Assembly: GCA_965216755.1 (NCBI GenBank)
Contig: CBDCGL010000011.1
Span: forward strand, 3,072,001-3,136,000
DNA: 64,000 nucleotides
Origin: Alphaproteobacteria bacterium
GTDB lineage: Bacteria > Pseudomonadota > Alphaproteobacteria > UBA7887
Direction of reading: 5' to 3'
This document shows, piece by piece, positions 19,584-29,029 of the stretch. The notes under the pieces were generated by a model, which searched no databases, was not told where the DNA came from, and saw only the letters and a list, made by a program, of their open reading frames with translations. Position numbers and translations under genes: made by a program. Numbering within the stretch: position 1 is the first letter of the stretch; the number at the start of each line of letters is the position of its first letter.

Positions 19584-21152
19584 TCAGGCCGGCAGCCTGA
19601 CCGCAAAACAAGCGCCCTGGGTCGGCTCTTGAGGTCCGGCGCCGGGAATATTCTTCGCCTCGATCGTGCCGCCATGGGCGACCACGATCTGACGCGAGAT
19701 GCTCAATCCCAAACCGGAATGGGTGCCAAAAGCCTCTGAAGCAGGACGATGGGTATAGAAGCGGTCGAAAATCGCCTCGGTCTTTTCCACGGGTAAGCCG
19801 GGACCACGATCCTCGACCAAGACCTCGGCCATAGCGCCGTCCCGGCGCAGGTTGACCGTGATCACCTCTCCGGGCGGGCTAAAACTCACTGCATTTTCGA
19901 TCAAATTGCGAAACACCTGGACCAAGCGTGGTTCGACCCCGGGTACGACCACATGATCATCGCGATCGGTTACCAAAGTGATATGCGGGTCGTCGAGATT
20001 GCGCGTCGATTCGTGCATGTCAACCAGAGCGGTCAACATTTCAGTCAAGTTGACCGGACCGGTCTCGGCACGCGCCAGTTCCGCATCGACCCGCGACGCG
20101 GCCGCGATATCGGTGATCAACCGGTCCATACGTTGAACATCCTGGGCCAGTATCGCCATCAGCCGATTCTGGGTCTCGGCATCATCAATGCGATTTATGG
20201 TCTCGACCGCGCTGCGCAGGCTCGATAGCGGGTTTTTCAGTTCGTGGGCAACGTCGGCGGCAAATCCTTCGATAGCCCCCAAGCGTTCCTGCAGGGCGGT
20301 CGTCATGCGTCGCAGGGCAACGCTGAGTTCGCCGATCTCATCATGGCGGCGGCTAAGATCCGGGATCTCGCCATCGTGACGCGTGCCACGGGTCACGGCC
20401 TCGGCGGCCGTCGCCAGCTGGCGGATCGGCCGCGCGATCGTGCCAGCCAGATAGATCGACAACAGAAAAGTGACGCCGAAGGCGACCAGCGACAACTGCA
20501 GGATCGCGGCCTGGGCGTTGCGCACACTGGCGACGATGTCTTGGGTGCCCGAGGCGAGCATCAGGCCGCCGACGATGCGCTTGAAACGCTGCACCGGTAC
20601 CGCCACGCTGAGCACGCTTTCGCCTTCGGGCGTGACCCGATGGGCCGTGGCGCGTTCGCCGGCCAGCGCCCGCAGCACCTCTCCATAATCATCCGCTTCC
20701 TGGCGCGATGTTTCGACATAGAGCGGCAGATCGTAGCGAAACAGCCGGGTGATGCGCCGATAGACGAACTCGAAGGCCGCACTCACCGGTCCGGCGCTGG
20801 GCGGCGGCAATTCCCTAAGCAGCACCTCGGCGCCGCCCGCCGCCAGCAAACGCGTATCCACCATCAGACGGCCGTAATTGTCGAACAAACGGGCGCGGGC
20901 ATTGATCGGCGCCGCCAGACGCTTGAGCAGGATGCTGGCGAGAACCGGTTCCATCGCTTGGGGCATGGCCGGATCGGGTGGCACGACGCTTTCTCCGAGC
21001 GCCGCCGCGATCACCTCGCCTTGTGTGGTCAGCGCCTTAAGGCGTTCTTGAATCAGACCTTTTTCATAGTCGTTGAGATAAAGAATTCCACCGGCGACAA
21101 TCGCCAGGGCGACAATGTTGACGGCCAAGATGCGCCTGGTGAGCGACGACAT
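19584..21152 (-). CDS. chvG: sensor histidine kinase ChvG/ExoS (start may be upstream TTG ~21245)
   Basis: SLTRRILAVNI, RARLFD, SVAVPVQRFK, FAADVAHELKNPLSSLRSA, RFYTHRP and HSGLGLSIS. Confidence 0.92.
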   Translation of the reverse strand: MSSLTRRILAVNIVALAIVAGGILYLNDYEKGLIQERLKALTTQGEVIAAALGESVVPPDPAMPQAMEPVLASILLKRLAAPINARARLFDNYGRLMVDTRLLAAGGAEVLLRELPPPSAGPVSAAFEFVYRRITRLFRYDLPLYVETSRQEADDYGEVLRALAGERATAHRVTPEGESVLSVAVPVQRFKRIVGGLMLASGTQDIVASVRNAQAAILQLSLVAFGVTFLLSIYLAGTIARPIRQLATAAEAVTRGTRHDGEIPDLSRRHDEIGELSVALRRMTTALQERLGAIEGFAADVAHELKNPLSSLRSAVETINRIDDAETQNRLMAILAQDVQRMDRLITDIAAASRVDAELARAETGPVNLTEMLTALVDMHESTRNLDDPHITLVTDRDDHVVVPGVEPRLVQVFRNLIENAVSFSPPGEVITVNLRRDGAMAEVLVEDRGPGLPVEKTEAIFDRFYTHRPASEAFGTHSGLGLSISRQIVVAHGGTIEAKNIPGAGPQEPTQGACFAVRLPA

Positions 21153-21252
21153 CGGCCCCCGGCGCACGGCGCGCGAGCGGCGCAGCCGGCGCAAAGCGCG
21201 TGCTTTTTGGTGCCGCGGCTTCAGTCGGCGCGGCGGCCGCGCCAAACGCCCA

Positions 21253-21963
21253 TTATGACTCTCGGAACCGGTAACCAATGCCGTACAACGTGTCAATCTG
21301 CGCGAAGCCGCCGTCGACATCGCGGAACTTCTTGCGCATGCGTTTAATGTGGCTGTCGATGGTGCGGTCATCCACATAAACGTCGTCTGAATAGGCCGCG
21401 TCCATCAACTGGTCGCGCGTTTTGACGTGACCTGGCCGGCTGGCCAGGGCCTGCAAGATCAGGAATTCGGTCACGGTCAGCGAGACCGGCTCATCGCGCC
21501 AGGTGCACAGATGACGCTCAGGATCCAGAATCAGTGGGCCGCGTTCGATCACCTCGCGTGGCGCTTCGCCCGATTCATCGTCGGCGCGCGCCAATTCTGC
21601 GCGGCGCAGCACCGCACGCACCCGTTCGATCAGCAAGCGCACCGAGAACGGCTTGGTGATGTAATCGTCGGCGCCCATTTTCAGACCGAGGATTTCGTCG
21701 AGTTCGTCGTCCTTCGACGTCAAAAAGATCACCGGTAACTGGCTTTCCCGGCGCAAGCGGGCGAGCAATTCCATACCGTCCATGCGCGGCATCTTGATGT
21801 CCAGCACCGCCAGATCCAGCGCGCTTTGCCCGATGGCCTTCAAAGCATCCTCGCCATTGGTAAATGTCTTGGTCTCGAAACCTTCGGATTCGAGCGCGAT
21901 CGAGACCGACGTCAAGATGTTCTGGTCGTCGTCGACGACCGCGATCACCGGTTGTTTCGCCAT
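21253..21963 (-). CDS. chvI: OmpR-family response regulator ChvI
   Basis: [28 protein letters not shown] and [18 protein letters not shown]...[11 protein letters not shown]. Confidence 0.95.
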   Translation of the reverse strand: MAKQPVIAVVDDDQNILTSVSIALESEGFETKTFTNGEDALKAIGQSALDLAVLDIKMPRMDGMELLARLRRESQLPVIFLTSKDDELDEILGLKMGADDYITKPFSVRLLIERVRAVLRRAELARADDESGEAPREVIERGPLILDPERHLCTWRDEPVSLTVTEFLILQALASRPGHVKTRDQLMDAAYSDDVYVDDRTIDSHIKRMRKKFRDVDGGFAQIDTLYGIGYRFRES

Positions 21964-22146
21964 GGCAATCTCGTCATATCGTTGGCGACCGAGGGCCGCA
22001 TGATGGCGCGGCTTGGTCTTGCCCGCCGGTTTTACCTCATATGGGCGTAAAGCTTGAGATTTTCATGCGTTTGGTCGGCGCGCACAGAGCGGCGTTCGAC
22101 CGACGCCGCGACACGACCGACTTGCGCGCCACGGTCCTTCGTGTAT

Positions 22147-22165
22147 TGTATACTGTATACAGTAT
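22147..22165. promoter_or_regulatory. putative GntR(FCD) operator of the hcm operon
   Basis: Perfect 16-bp palindrome ATACTGTATACAGTAT (22150-22165) overlapping TGTATACTGTATACA, 20 nt before the gntR ATG. Confidence 0.65.
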
Positions 22166-22184
22166 TCATTCATGATGTTGTCGT

Positions 22185-22886
22185 ATGCGGACTTTGTCGC
22201 TTTATCCGCGTCTGGTCGAACAGGCCTATGGCGAGATCCTTGAGGCAATCTGCGCGGGGCGGTTGCCTCCGGGCGCGGCCTTGGCCCAAGAGCGGCTGGC
22301 CGCACAGCTCGATGTATCCCGTCAGCCGATCGGCCAGGCACTGGCGCTGCTAAAGGCGCAGGGATTTGTCAGCGATCGCGGGCGCCGGGGCCTGATGGTA
22401 GCGCCGATCGACGCCGACTTCGCCGTTGCCCTATACGAATTTCGCAGTGCCGTCGACGGTTTGGCGGCGCGCAAAGCGGCGTTTGGTCGGGCCGATGTCG
22501 GTGTCGCGCGGTCGATCCTGAGCCGCGGCCGGGTGGCGGCCGACGCCGGCTCCATCGATGGCCTGATCACCGCCGACATGGATTTTCACGCCTGCATTTA
22601 CAGCTTGGCTGGAAACCAGATCCTGCGCGAAAGTATGACCCAACACTGGCATCACATTCGGCGCTTGATGCGGGCGATACTGACCATCGACGGCGATTGG
22701 CCGACGCGGGTTTGGGATGAGCATCAGACCATCGTCGAGACCATCGCGGCTGGCGATGAAATCCGCGCCGAAAGGCTGGCGCGTCGCCATGTCAATGCCG
22801 CGGCAGACGCCCTGCGCCGGCGCATTGTCGGCACTGCCGCCAACAGCGCGCCCCCTTTTGACAACGCCCGCGAGTTCGTCCCATGA
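22185..22886 (+). CDS. GntR (FCD) family transcriptional regulator
   Basis: wHTH '[21 protein letters not shown]' and FCD 'DMDFH...[11 protein letters not shown]...A..LARRH'. Confidence 0.92.
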   Translation: MRTLSLYPRLVEQAYGEILEAICAGRLPPGAALAQERLAAQLDVSRQPIGQALALLKAQGFVSDRGRRGLMVAPIDADFAVALYEFRSAVDGLAARKAAFGRADVGVARSILSRGRVAADAGSIDGLITADMDFHACIYSLAGNQILRESMTQHWHHIRRLMRAILTIDGDWPTRVWDEHQTIVETIAAGDEIRAERLARRHVNAAADALRRRIVGTAANSAPPFDNAREFVP

Positions 22887-23290
22887 CCGAGATCATCCGT
22901 GTCCTGATTGCCAAAGTTGGTCTGGACGGCCATGACCGTGGTGTCAAAATTGTTGCCCGCTACCTGCGTGATGCCGGCATGGATGTGATTTACACCGGCC
23001 TCCATCGCACGCCGGAAGAAGTGGTCAGTGCCGCCGTGCAAGAGGATGTCGATGTGCTCGGCATCAGTATTTTGTCCGGCGCCCACATGACCGTTTTTCC
23101 CAAAGTCATCGATCTGCTCAAGGCCGCTGGGGCCGATGACATTCTATTGGTCGGCGGCGGCGTCATGCCCGACGACGATGTGGCGGCGCTGAAGGCCCAA
23201 GGCGTCGCCGCGATTTTGCTGCAGGATACGCCGCCGGATGACATCGTCGCGACCATCCGCGACCTGGTCATGGCGCGCGGTCCACGCTAG
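22883..23290 (+). CDS. hcmB: cobalamin-binding small subunit of acyl-CoA mutase (HcmB)
   Basis: [11 protein letters not shown] (DxHxxG), GISILSGAH and GGGV motifs. ATGA overlap with gntR. Confidence 0.85.
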   Translation: MTEIIRVLIAKVGLDGHDRGVKIVARYLRDAGMDVIYTGLHRTPEEVVSAAVQEDVDVLGISILSGAHMTVFPKVIDLLKAAGADDILLVGGGVMPDDDVAALKAQGVAAILLQDTPPDDIVATIRDLVMARGPR

Positions 23291-23300
23291 GAGATCCTTT

Positions 23301-24725
23301 ATGGAATTTTGGCAGTTTCCAACGCGCTACGACATGGCGTATCGCCCGGACCCCAAGAGCCGCTATTGGTTTCCCGAACGCGAAACCATGTCAGCCGACG
23401 AACGCGACGCGGCGATTGTCGTGCGGCTGCGCGAGGTGATGACGTACGCCTATGACCATTCACCATTTTATCGCAACCATTGGGATCAGGCCGGTATTCA
23501 CCCGGATCACATAACGTCGCTCGAGGCATTCGAGCGGGTGCCCGTGGTGACCAAACAAGACCTGCGCGCGGCCCAAGAGCGGACACCGCCGTTTGGCGAC
23601 TATCTGTGCATACCGAAGGACCAAGTGCATCATATCCACGGCACGTCGGGCACCACCGGACGGCCGACAGCATTCGGCATCAGCCGTGACGATTGGCAGA
23701 CCATCGGCGCCAACCAGGCACGTATCTTGTGGGGCATGGGTCTGCGCCCAGGTGATACGGTCTTTGTGGCGGCAATCTTTAGCCTCTATCTCGGCTCGTG
23801 GGGCGCGATGTTGGGCGCCGAACAATTGGGCGCGACATCATTTCCCTTTGGTGCCGGCGCCAGTGGCATGACCGCGCGAGCGGCCGCCTGGTTGGCCGGG
23901 ATCAAGCCGCAAGGTTTTTACAGCACACCTTCCTATGCCTTGCATTTGGCGGACGTCGCCCGTGAAGAAGGCTTTGATCCACGCGACTTCGGACTGAACG
24001 TGATGTTTTTTTCCGGTGAACCGGGCGCCTCCATCCCGGGCATCCGCGGTCGTATCGAAGACGCTTATGGCGCGACCGTATTCGATTGCGGCACCATGGC
24101 CGAAATGACCCCGTTCATGAGTGCCGCCGGCACCGCTCAATCGCACCACGGCATGCTGCTGTGGCAAGACATGGTCTATCACGAAGTGTGTGATCCGCAA
24201 TCTTTCCAAAGAGTGCCGTATGGGCAGCAAGGCACGCCGGTTTACACCCATCTTGAGCGCACCTCGCAACCGATGATCCGTTTGGCTTCTGGCGACTTGA
24301 CCCATTGGGTCAACGAACCAACCCCCTGTGGGCGCACCTATCCGTCGCTGCCTGATGGGGTCTATGGCCGCATTGACGATATGTTTCAAATTCGCGGCGA
24401 AAACATTTATCCGTCGGAAATCGACAAAGTGTTGAACATGTCAGCAGATTATGGCGGCGAGCATCGGATTGTGGTCAGCCGCGATGGCGCCATGGACGAG
24501 CTGTTGGTCCAGGTCGAAGCGGCCCCACATGTGTTCGCGCAAGGCGACGCGGCGGTCGGACAATTCGGCGACAATATGAGCCGCGCGCTGCATCGGACCT
24601 TGGGTGTGCGGGCACGGGTCGACGTATTGGCAGCGAATAGTTTGCCGCGCACCGACTTTAAGGCGCGCCGGGTCGTCGACGATCGGGATTTGTTTCGCAG
24701 CCTGCGCGCCCGGCAAGGCGCCTGA
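23301..24725 (+). CDS. hcl: 2-hydroxyisobutyrate-CoA ligase (PaaK-like ANL family)
   Basis: HGTSGTTGRPT, FSLYLGSWG, FFSGEPGAS and GRIDDMF.IRGENIYPSEI. The N-terminus SRYWFPERETM matches my recollection of Aquincola HCL. SD AGGAGA. Confidence 0.8.
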   Translation: MEFWQFPTRYDMAYRPDPKSRYWFPERETMSADERDAAIVVRLREVMTYAYDHSPFYRNHWDQAGIHPDHITSLEAFERVPVVTKQDLRAAQERTPPFGDYLCIPKDQVHHIHGTSGTTGRPTAFGISRDDWQTIGANQARILWGMGLRPGDTVFVAAIFSLYLGSWGAMLGAEQLGATSFPFGAGASGMTARAAAWLAGIKPQGFYSTPSYALHLADVAREEGFDPRDFGLNVMFFSGEPGASIPGIRGRIEDAYGATVFDCGTMAEMTPFMSAAGTAQSHHGMLLWQDMVYHEVCDPQSFQRVPYGQQGTPVYTHLERTSQPMIRLASGDLTHWVNEPTPCGRTYPSLPDGVYGRIDDMFQIRGENIYPSEIDKVLNMSADYGGEHRIVVSRDGAMDELLVQVEAAPHVFAQGDAAVGQFGDNMSRALHRTLGVRARVDVLAANSLPRTDFKARRVVDDRDLFRSLRARQGA

Positions 24726-24731
24726 CTGATT

Positions 24732-25715
24732 GTGGCCCACGATCCCTCCGCCGGGCCGCCCGACGCCGATTTGCACGCCGCCGTCTTGGCCGGCAATATG
24801 CGCGCCATCGCGCGTCTGATCAGTCGCGCCGAATCCGGTGACGCTGCCGCCCGACCGGTGTTGGCGGCGCTTTATGGCGAGACCGGTCGCGCGCATATTG
24901 TTGGCGTCACCGGCGTGCCCGGCAGCGGCAAATCGTCGCTGGTACAGCAATTGGTGCATGCCTTGCGTTCCGACGGCCGCACGGTCGGGGTGCTGGCGGT
25001 GGACCCATCGAGTCCTTTCAGCGGCGGTTCTGTATTGGGCGATCGCATTCGGATGACCGAACATGCCGGCGACCCAGGCGTTTTTATTCGCAGCATGGCG
25101 ACCCGCGGCGCGTTGGGCGGTTTGGCGCGCGCTGCAATGGACGCAGTCGACGTCATGGATGCCGGCGGCTTTGACACGATCATTATCGAGACCGTTGGCG
25201 CCGGCCAAGACGAAGTCGATATTGTGCGCGCCGCACATACCACCGTGGTGGTCTCGGCACCTGGCTTGGGCGACGACATACAAGCGATCAAAGCCGGCAT
25301 TTTGGAGATTGCGGATATTCACGTGGTCAGCAAGTGCGACCGTTCCGATGCCAATAAAACCATTGTTGACCTTAAGGCCATGCTGGCGTTGAGCTTGGTC
25401 CTAGATTCGCGCGACCCATGGGCGACTCCGGTGGTGCCGACCAGCGCCGAAACCGGCGAAGGAATTGCCGACTTGCGCGAGACCATTGCGCGCCATCACG
25501 GTTACCTGATCGAAAGCGGCACGATCGCCGACCGCCGCCACGCCATCGCCGAAGCGCGGACTCTCAAGATCGCCGAAGACCTGGTGCGCCGACGACTGCT
25601 TGGCTCAACCGATGACCGCGCCCGAGATCTGGTGGCGCAAGTTGCCGCGCGCACCATCGATCCACACCACGCCGCGGCGCTATTGCTTGAACGTTTGTCC
25701 GAGGTATGCCCATGA
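24732..25715 (+). CDS. meaH: MeaB/MeaH G-protein chaperone of B12 mutase
   Basis: GVPGSGKSS, VDPSSPFSGGSVLGDRIRM, ETVGAGQ, GDDIQAIKAGILEIAD and SKCD motifs. Confidence 0.88.
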   Translation: MAHDPSAGPPDADLHAAVLAGNMRAIARLISRAESGDAAARPVLAALYGETGRAHIVGVTGVPGSGKSSLVQQLVHALRSDGRTVGVLAVDPSSPFSGGSVLGDRIRMTEHAGDPGVFIRSMATRGALGGLARAAMDAVDVMDAGGFDTIIIETVGAGQDEVDIVRAAHTTVVVSAPGLGDDIQAIKAGILEIADIHVVSKCDRSDANKTIVDLKAMLALSLVLDSRDPWATPVVPTSAETGEGIADLRETIARHHGYLIESGTIADRRHAIAEARTLKIAEDLVRRRLLGSTDDRARDLVAQVAARTIDPHHAAALLLERLSEVCP

Positions 25716-27412
25716 GCACCGACGAAACTGCGGCGACAAACGCGTCCTCTCCCTCGCTGTCGGAGACCCTCGCCACTTGGGAAAAGGACGTTGTCGCACC
25801 ATTCATCGCGCGCCAGCCGGAAACACAAGCTGACTATCGGACCGCGTCGGGCTTACCACTGCAGAGGACCTATACCGCATTGGATGCGGGTACAGCGCCA
25901 CCCGAGGATATCGGCCTGCCCGGCAGCTATCCGTTCACGCGCGGGCCCTATCCGACCATGTACCGCGCGCGCCCCTGGACCATGCGCCAGATCGCCGGCT
26001 TCGGCACCGGCGCCGACACCAATCGGCGCTTCAAATATCTGCTCGAACAGGGGCAAACCGGCCTGTCGACCGATTTCGATATGCCGACCTTGATGGGCTA
26101 TGACTCGGACAATCCGATGAGCGACGGCGAGGTCGGCCGCGAGGGCGTGGCCGTCGATACCATCGACGACATGGAAGCGCTGTTCGACGGCATCGACCTG
26201 ACCAAGATTTCAGTGTCGATGACGATCAATCCCAGCGCTTGGATTGTCTACGCCATGTTTATCGCGCTGGCGCGCCGGCGCGGCGACGACCTCCATGCCC
26301 TTTCGGGCACTATTCAAGCCGATATTCTGAAGGAATACATCGCGCAGAAAGAGTGGATCTATCCGGTTCGGCCGTCTGTGCGGCTGGTGCGCGACTGCGT
26401 CGCTTTTGGCGCCGCGCACATGCGGCGCTTTAATCCGCTCAATATATCCGGCTACCACATGTCCGAAGCCGGCGCGACCGCCGTGCAAGAAGCCGCGTTC
26501 ACCATCGCCAACACCATCGCCTATGTGGAAGAACTGTCGCGCGCCGGCTTGCACGTCGACGATTATGCACCGCGGTTGTCGTTCTTCTTTGTTGCTCAGG
26601 CGGATTTCTTTGAAGAGATCGCCAAATTCCGCGCCGTGCGTCGGGTTTATGCCAAGGTCATGAAAGAGCGATTCGGCGCCACCAAACCGGAAGCCATGCG
26701 GATGCGCTTTCATACCCAGACCGCGGCCGCCACATTGACCAAGCCGCAATATCAGATCAATGTGGTGCGCACGGCTTTGCAGGCCCTGGCGGCGATATTG
26801 GGCGGCACCCAAAGTCTGCATACCAATGGCATGGACGAGGCGTTCACGATTCCCACCGAAGAGGCGATGAAAATCGCGTTGCGCACCCAACAGATCATTG
26901 CTGATGAAACCAATGTGACATCGGTGGTCGACCCGCTCGGCGGATCCTATTTTGTTGAAAGCCTGACGACAAAGATGGAACAGGAAATCTTCGCAATTTT
27001 GGACAAGGTCGACGACATGGGCGGCACCATCCAAGCGATCGAAGACGGTTGGTTCCAGCGCCAAATCGCCGATTCGGCGTATCGCTTCGCGCTCGACAAG
27101 GCGCGCGGGGAACGGCCGGTTCTGGGCGTCAACAAATATGTCGAACCGGATGACATACCGGCGATCGAAACCCACCCGTATGATCCGAACACCCAGCAGC
27201 GCCAAATCCAAAATCTTCACCGGGTGCGGGCGCGCCGCGACAATGACCTGGTCGAACGTCTGCTTGATGAACTGGAAGCCACGGCGCGCGATGAGAGCGC
27301 GAATCTGATGCCGATCACCATCGATTTGGTCGACGCGCGGGCCTCCATGGGCGAGATTGTCGAACGCTTGCGCGGCCTGTGGGGCAGCTATCGCGAACAA
27401 CCGGTAATTTAG
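25712..27412 (+). CDS. hcmA: 2-hydroxyisobutyryl-CoA mutase large subunit
   Basis: PFTRGPYPTMY..RPWTMRQIAGF has Ile where MCM has Tyr and ICM has Phe. GLSTDFDMPTLMGYD (HCM Asp), ILKEYIAQKEW and ISGYH are also present. Confidence 0.88.
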   Translation: MSTDETAATNASSPSLSETLATWEKDVVAPFIARQPETQADYRTASGLPLQRTYTALDAGTAPPEDIGLPGSYPFTRGPYPTMYRARPWTMRQIAGFGTGADTNRRFKYLLEQGQTGLSTDFDMPTLMGYDSDNPMSDGEVGREGVAVDTIDDMEALFDGIDLTKISVSMTINPSAWIVYAMFIALARRRGDDLHALSGTIQADILKEYIAQKEWIYPVRPSVRLVRDCVAFGAAHMRRFNPLNISGYHMSEAGATAVQEAAFTIANTIAYVEELSRAGLHVDDYAPRLSFFFVAQADFFEEIAKFRAVRRVYAKVMKERFGATKPEAMRMRFHTQTAAATLTKPQYQINVVRTALQALAAILGGTQSLHTNGMDEAFTIPTEEAMKIALRTQQIIADETNVTSVVDPLGGSYFVESLTTKMEQEIFAILDKVDDMGGTIQAIEDGWFQRQIADSAYRFALDKARGERPVLGVNKYVEPDDIPAIETHPYDPNTQQRQIQNLHRVRARRDNDLVERLLDELEATARDESANLMPITIDLVDARASMGEIVERLRGLWGSYREQPVI

Positions 27413-27417
27413 TCCGC

Positions 27418-28500
27418 ATGACCGCCGGCCTGCTCCTTCCCTATCTCGAGTCCCGCCCCCATGTGGGCGACGCCGCGCGCGGCCCGAGTTCGGCGGTGAT
27501 CGGCCGCGTGAGCCTCGGCCGCGGGGTGTCGCTCGGGGCGCTCGCGACGTTGCGCGCCGACGGCCATGACATCACCGTCGGCGACGACTGCATGTTTCTG
27601 GATCGCGCCACGGTGCATATCGCCGACAAGATCTATCCGGCGACCATCGGCCACCGGGTAACGGTCGGCCGCTTCGCCCTGGTCCATGCCTGCCGCGTCG
27701 ATGACGATTGTGTCATTGGCGATGCCGCCGTGATCATGGACAATTCCCACCTCGGCCGCGGCGCGGCCCTGGCCGCTGGCGCCTTGGTGCCGCCCGGCAA
27801 GACCCTTGCGGGTGGCCAGCTCTATGCCGGCAATCCGGCGCGGCCGGTGCGGACACTCAACGCCGATGACTTGGCCGCCTTGCGCCAAGGGTTGATCGCC
27901 GGCGATGGCGGCGAGATCACCTGCCCAGAGGCGCTGCCACCCCTGACCATGGCCCCCTACATTCCGACGGAGCGGGCCAGCCCACCGCTCTACTGGCTGG
28001 ACGAGCGGTTTCCGCGCATCGACCCTTTGGCCTATGTGGCGCCGAGCGCGGTCGTCGCCGGCAATGTGCTGGTTGGCCGCGATGTCAGTATTTGGTTCGC
28101 AACTGTGGTTCGCGCCGACAACGCGCAGATCGCGATCGGGCCGCGTAGCAATATTCAAGACAACACGATTATCGAAACCACCGCCGATCGCGGTTTGGTG
28201 ACCATCGGCTCAGACGTGACCGTCGGCCACAATGTGCGCATGGGCGCGTGTGTCATCGAAGACGAATGTTTGATCGGCATGGGCGCGGAAATGGCCGACG
28301 GCGTGGTGGTCGAACATGGCGCCATTGTCGGCGCGCGGGCATTCGTCGAGTCGGGCACAGTGGTCCGCACCGGCCATGTTTGGGCAGGTCGACCGGCGAA
28401 ACTGTTCCGCGAGGTCAAACCGGCGGAGCGTGCGTTTTTCACCCGCGGCAAAGAGGTGTATGTCGGATACACCCAGAACTACCGCATCCAGGCCGCCTAA
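27418..28500 (+). CDS. tandem two-domain gamma-carbonic-anhydrase-like (CaiE/PaaY/YrdA family) protein
   Basis: Two left-handed beta-helix hexapeptide domains (LRAD..D.ATVH..VGR..VHAC and VRAD..NIQD..VGH..GAC), each followed by a G.PA..R motif. Confidence 0.85.
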   Translation: MTAGLLLPYLESRPHVGDAARGPSSAVIGRVSLGRGVSLGALATLRADGHDITVGDDCMFLDRATVHIADKIYPATIGHRVTVGRFALVHACRVDDDCVIGDAAVIMDNSHLGRGAALAAGALVPPGKTLAGGQLYAGNPARPVRTLNADDLAALRQGLIAGDGGEITCPEALPPLTMAPYIPTERASPPLYWLDERFPRIDPLAYVAPSAVVAGNVLVGRDVSIWFATVVRADNAQIAIGPRSNIQDNTIIETTADRGLVTIGSDVTVGHNVRMGACVIEDECLIGMGAEMADGVVVEHGAIVGARAFVESGTVVRTGHVWAGRPAKLFREVKPAERAFFTRGKEVYVGYTQNYRIQAA

Positions 28501-28516
28501 GCACCTTTCTCTAATT

Positions 28517-28600
28517 CGGTGACAGTTTACTAAATACACCAAATATTGTATGCTGCAGTAATAATATACGAAATATAGTGTATTTAGTAAACTGTCACCG
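28517..28600. repeat. 84-bp palindromic element, copy 1
   Basis: CGGTGACAGTTTACTAAATA + 44 nt + TATTTAGTAAACTGTCACCG, flanked by AATT on both sides. Confidence 0.95.
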
Positions 28601-28611
28601 AATTCGTAAAC

Positions 28612-28920
28612 TCAATTATCATAGCCGAAAAGCCAGCGCATGGTGCCGTGATGGATATTGCGCACCGAATGTACTGCGCGGCGGGGAATGAATATTTCGT
28701 CACCCGGTTCGGCCACTACCGTGTCGTCGTCCACCGTCAGCTGCAAGCGGCCATCCACGACCGTCACCAACTCGTTGGTCTGGTGAACAAAATCCAGCCA
28801 GGCCTGACCCGGCGGATCGGTGAACATGTGGCACGAGTAGCCGCGCGCGCCCCATGCATCGGCGACCGCGCTTTGGTCGACCGGCGGCGCAAACACGCTC
28901 CGCGTGAGCAGCTTTGACAT
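28612..28920 (-). CDS. cupin domain protein
   Basis: WLDFVHQTNELVTVVDG...PGDEIFIPRRAVHSVRN cupin motifs. Confidence 0.85.
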   Translation of the reverse strand: MSKLLTRSVFAPPVDQSAVADAWGARGYSCHMFTDPPGQAWLDFVHQTNELVTVVDGRLQLTVDDDTVVAEPGDEIFIPRRAVHSVRNIHHGTMRWLFGYDN

Positions 28921-29029
28921 ATGTGTTTCCCAGCCTTGATGGTTTGCCGCGATCATGTGCCATCATACGCGTCGTTTGGCCCGTTGGTCATCACGAGTCG
29001 CAAACCGAAGAAATCGAGGGGAAGCCGCC

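Noticed and set aside
25712-27412. Methylmalonyl- or isobutyryl-CoA mutase
   Set aside because: RQIAGF instead of RQYAGF/RQFAGF, and Gln instead of the MCM Arg.
28517-28600. Arm TTTACTAAAT as an XerD/dif half-site or integron attC
   Set aside because: Only partial similarity. There is no 11-6-11 dif layout, no RYYYAAC/GTTRRRY ends and no integrase.
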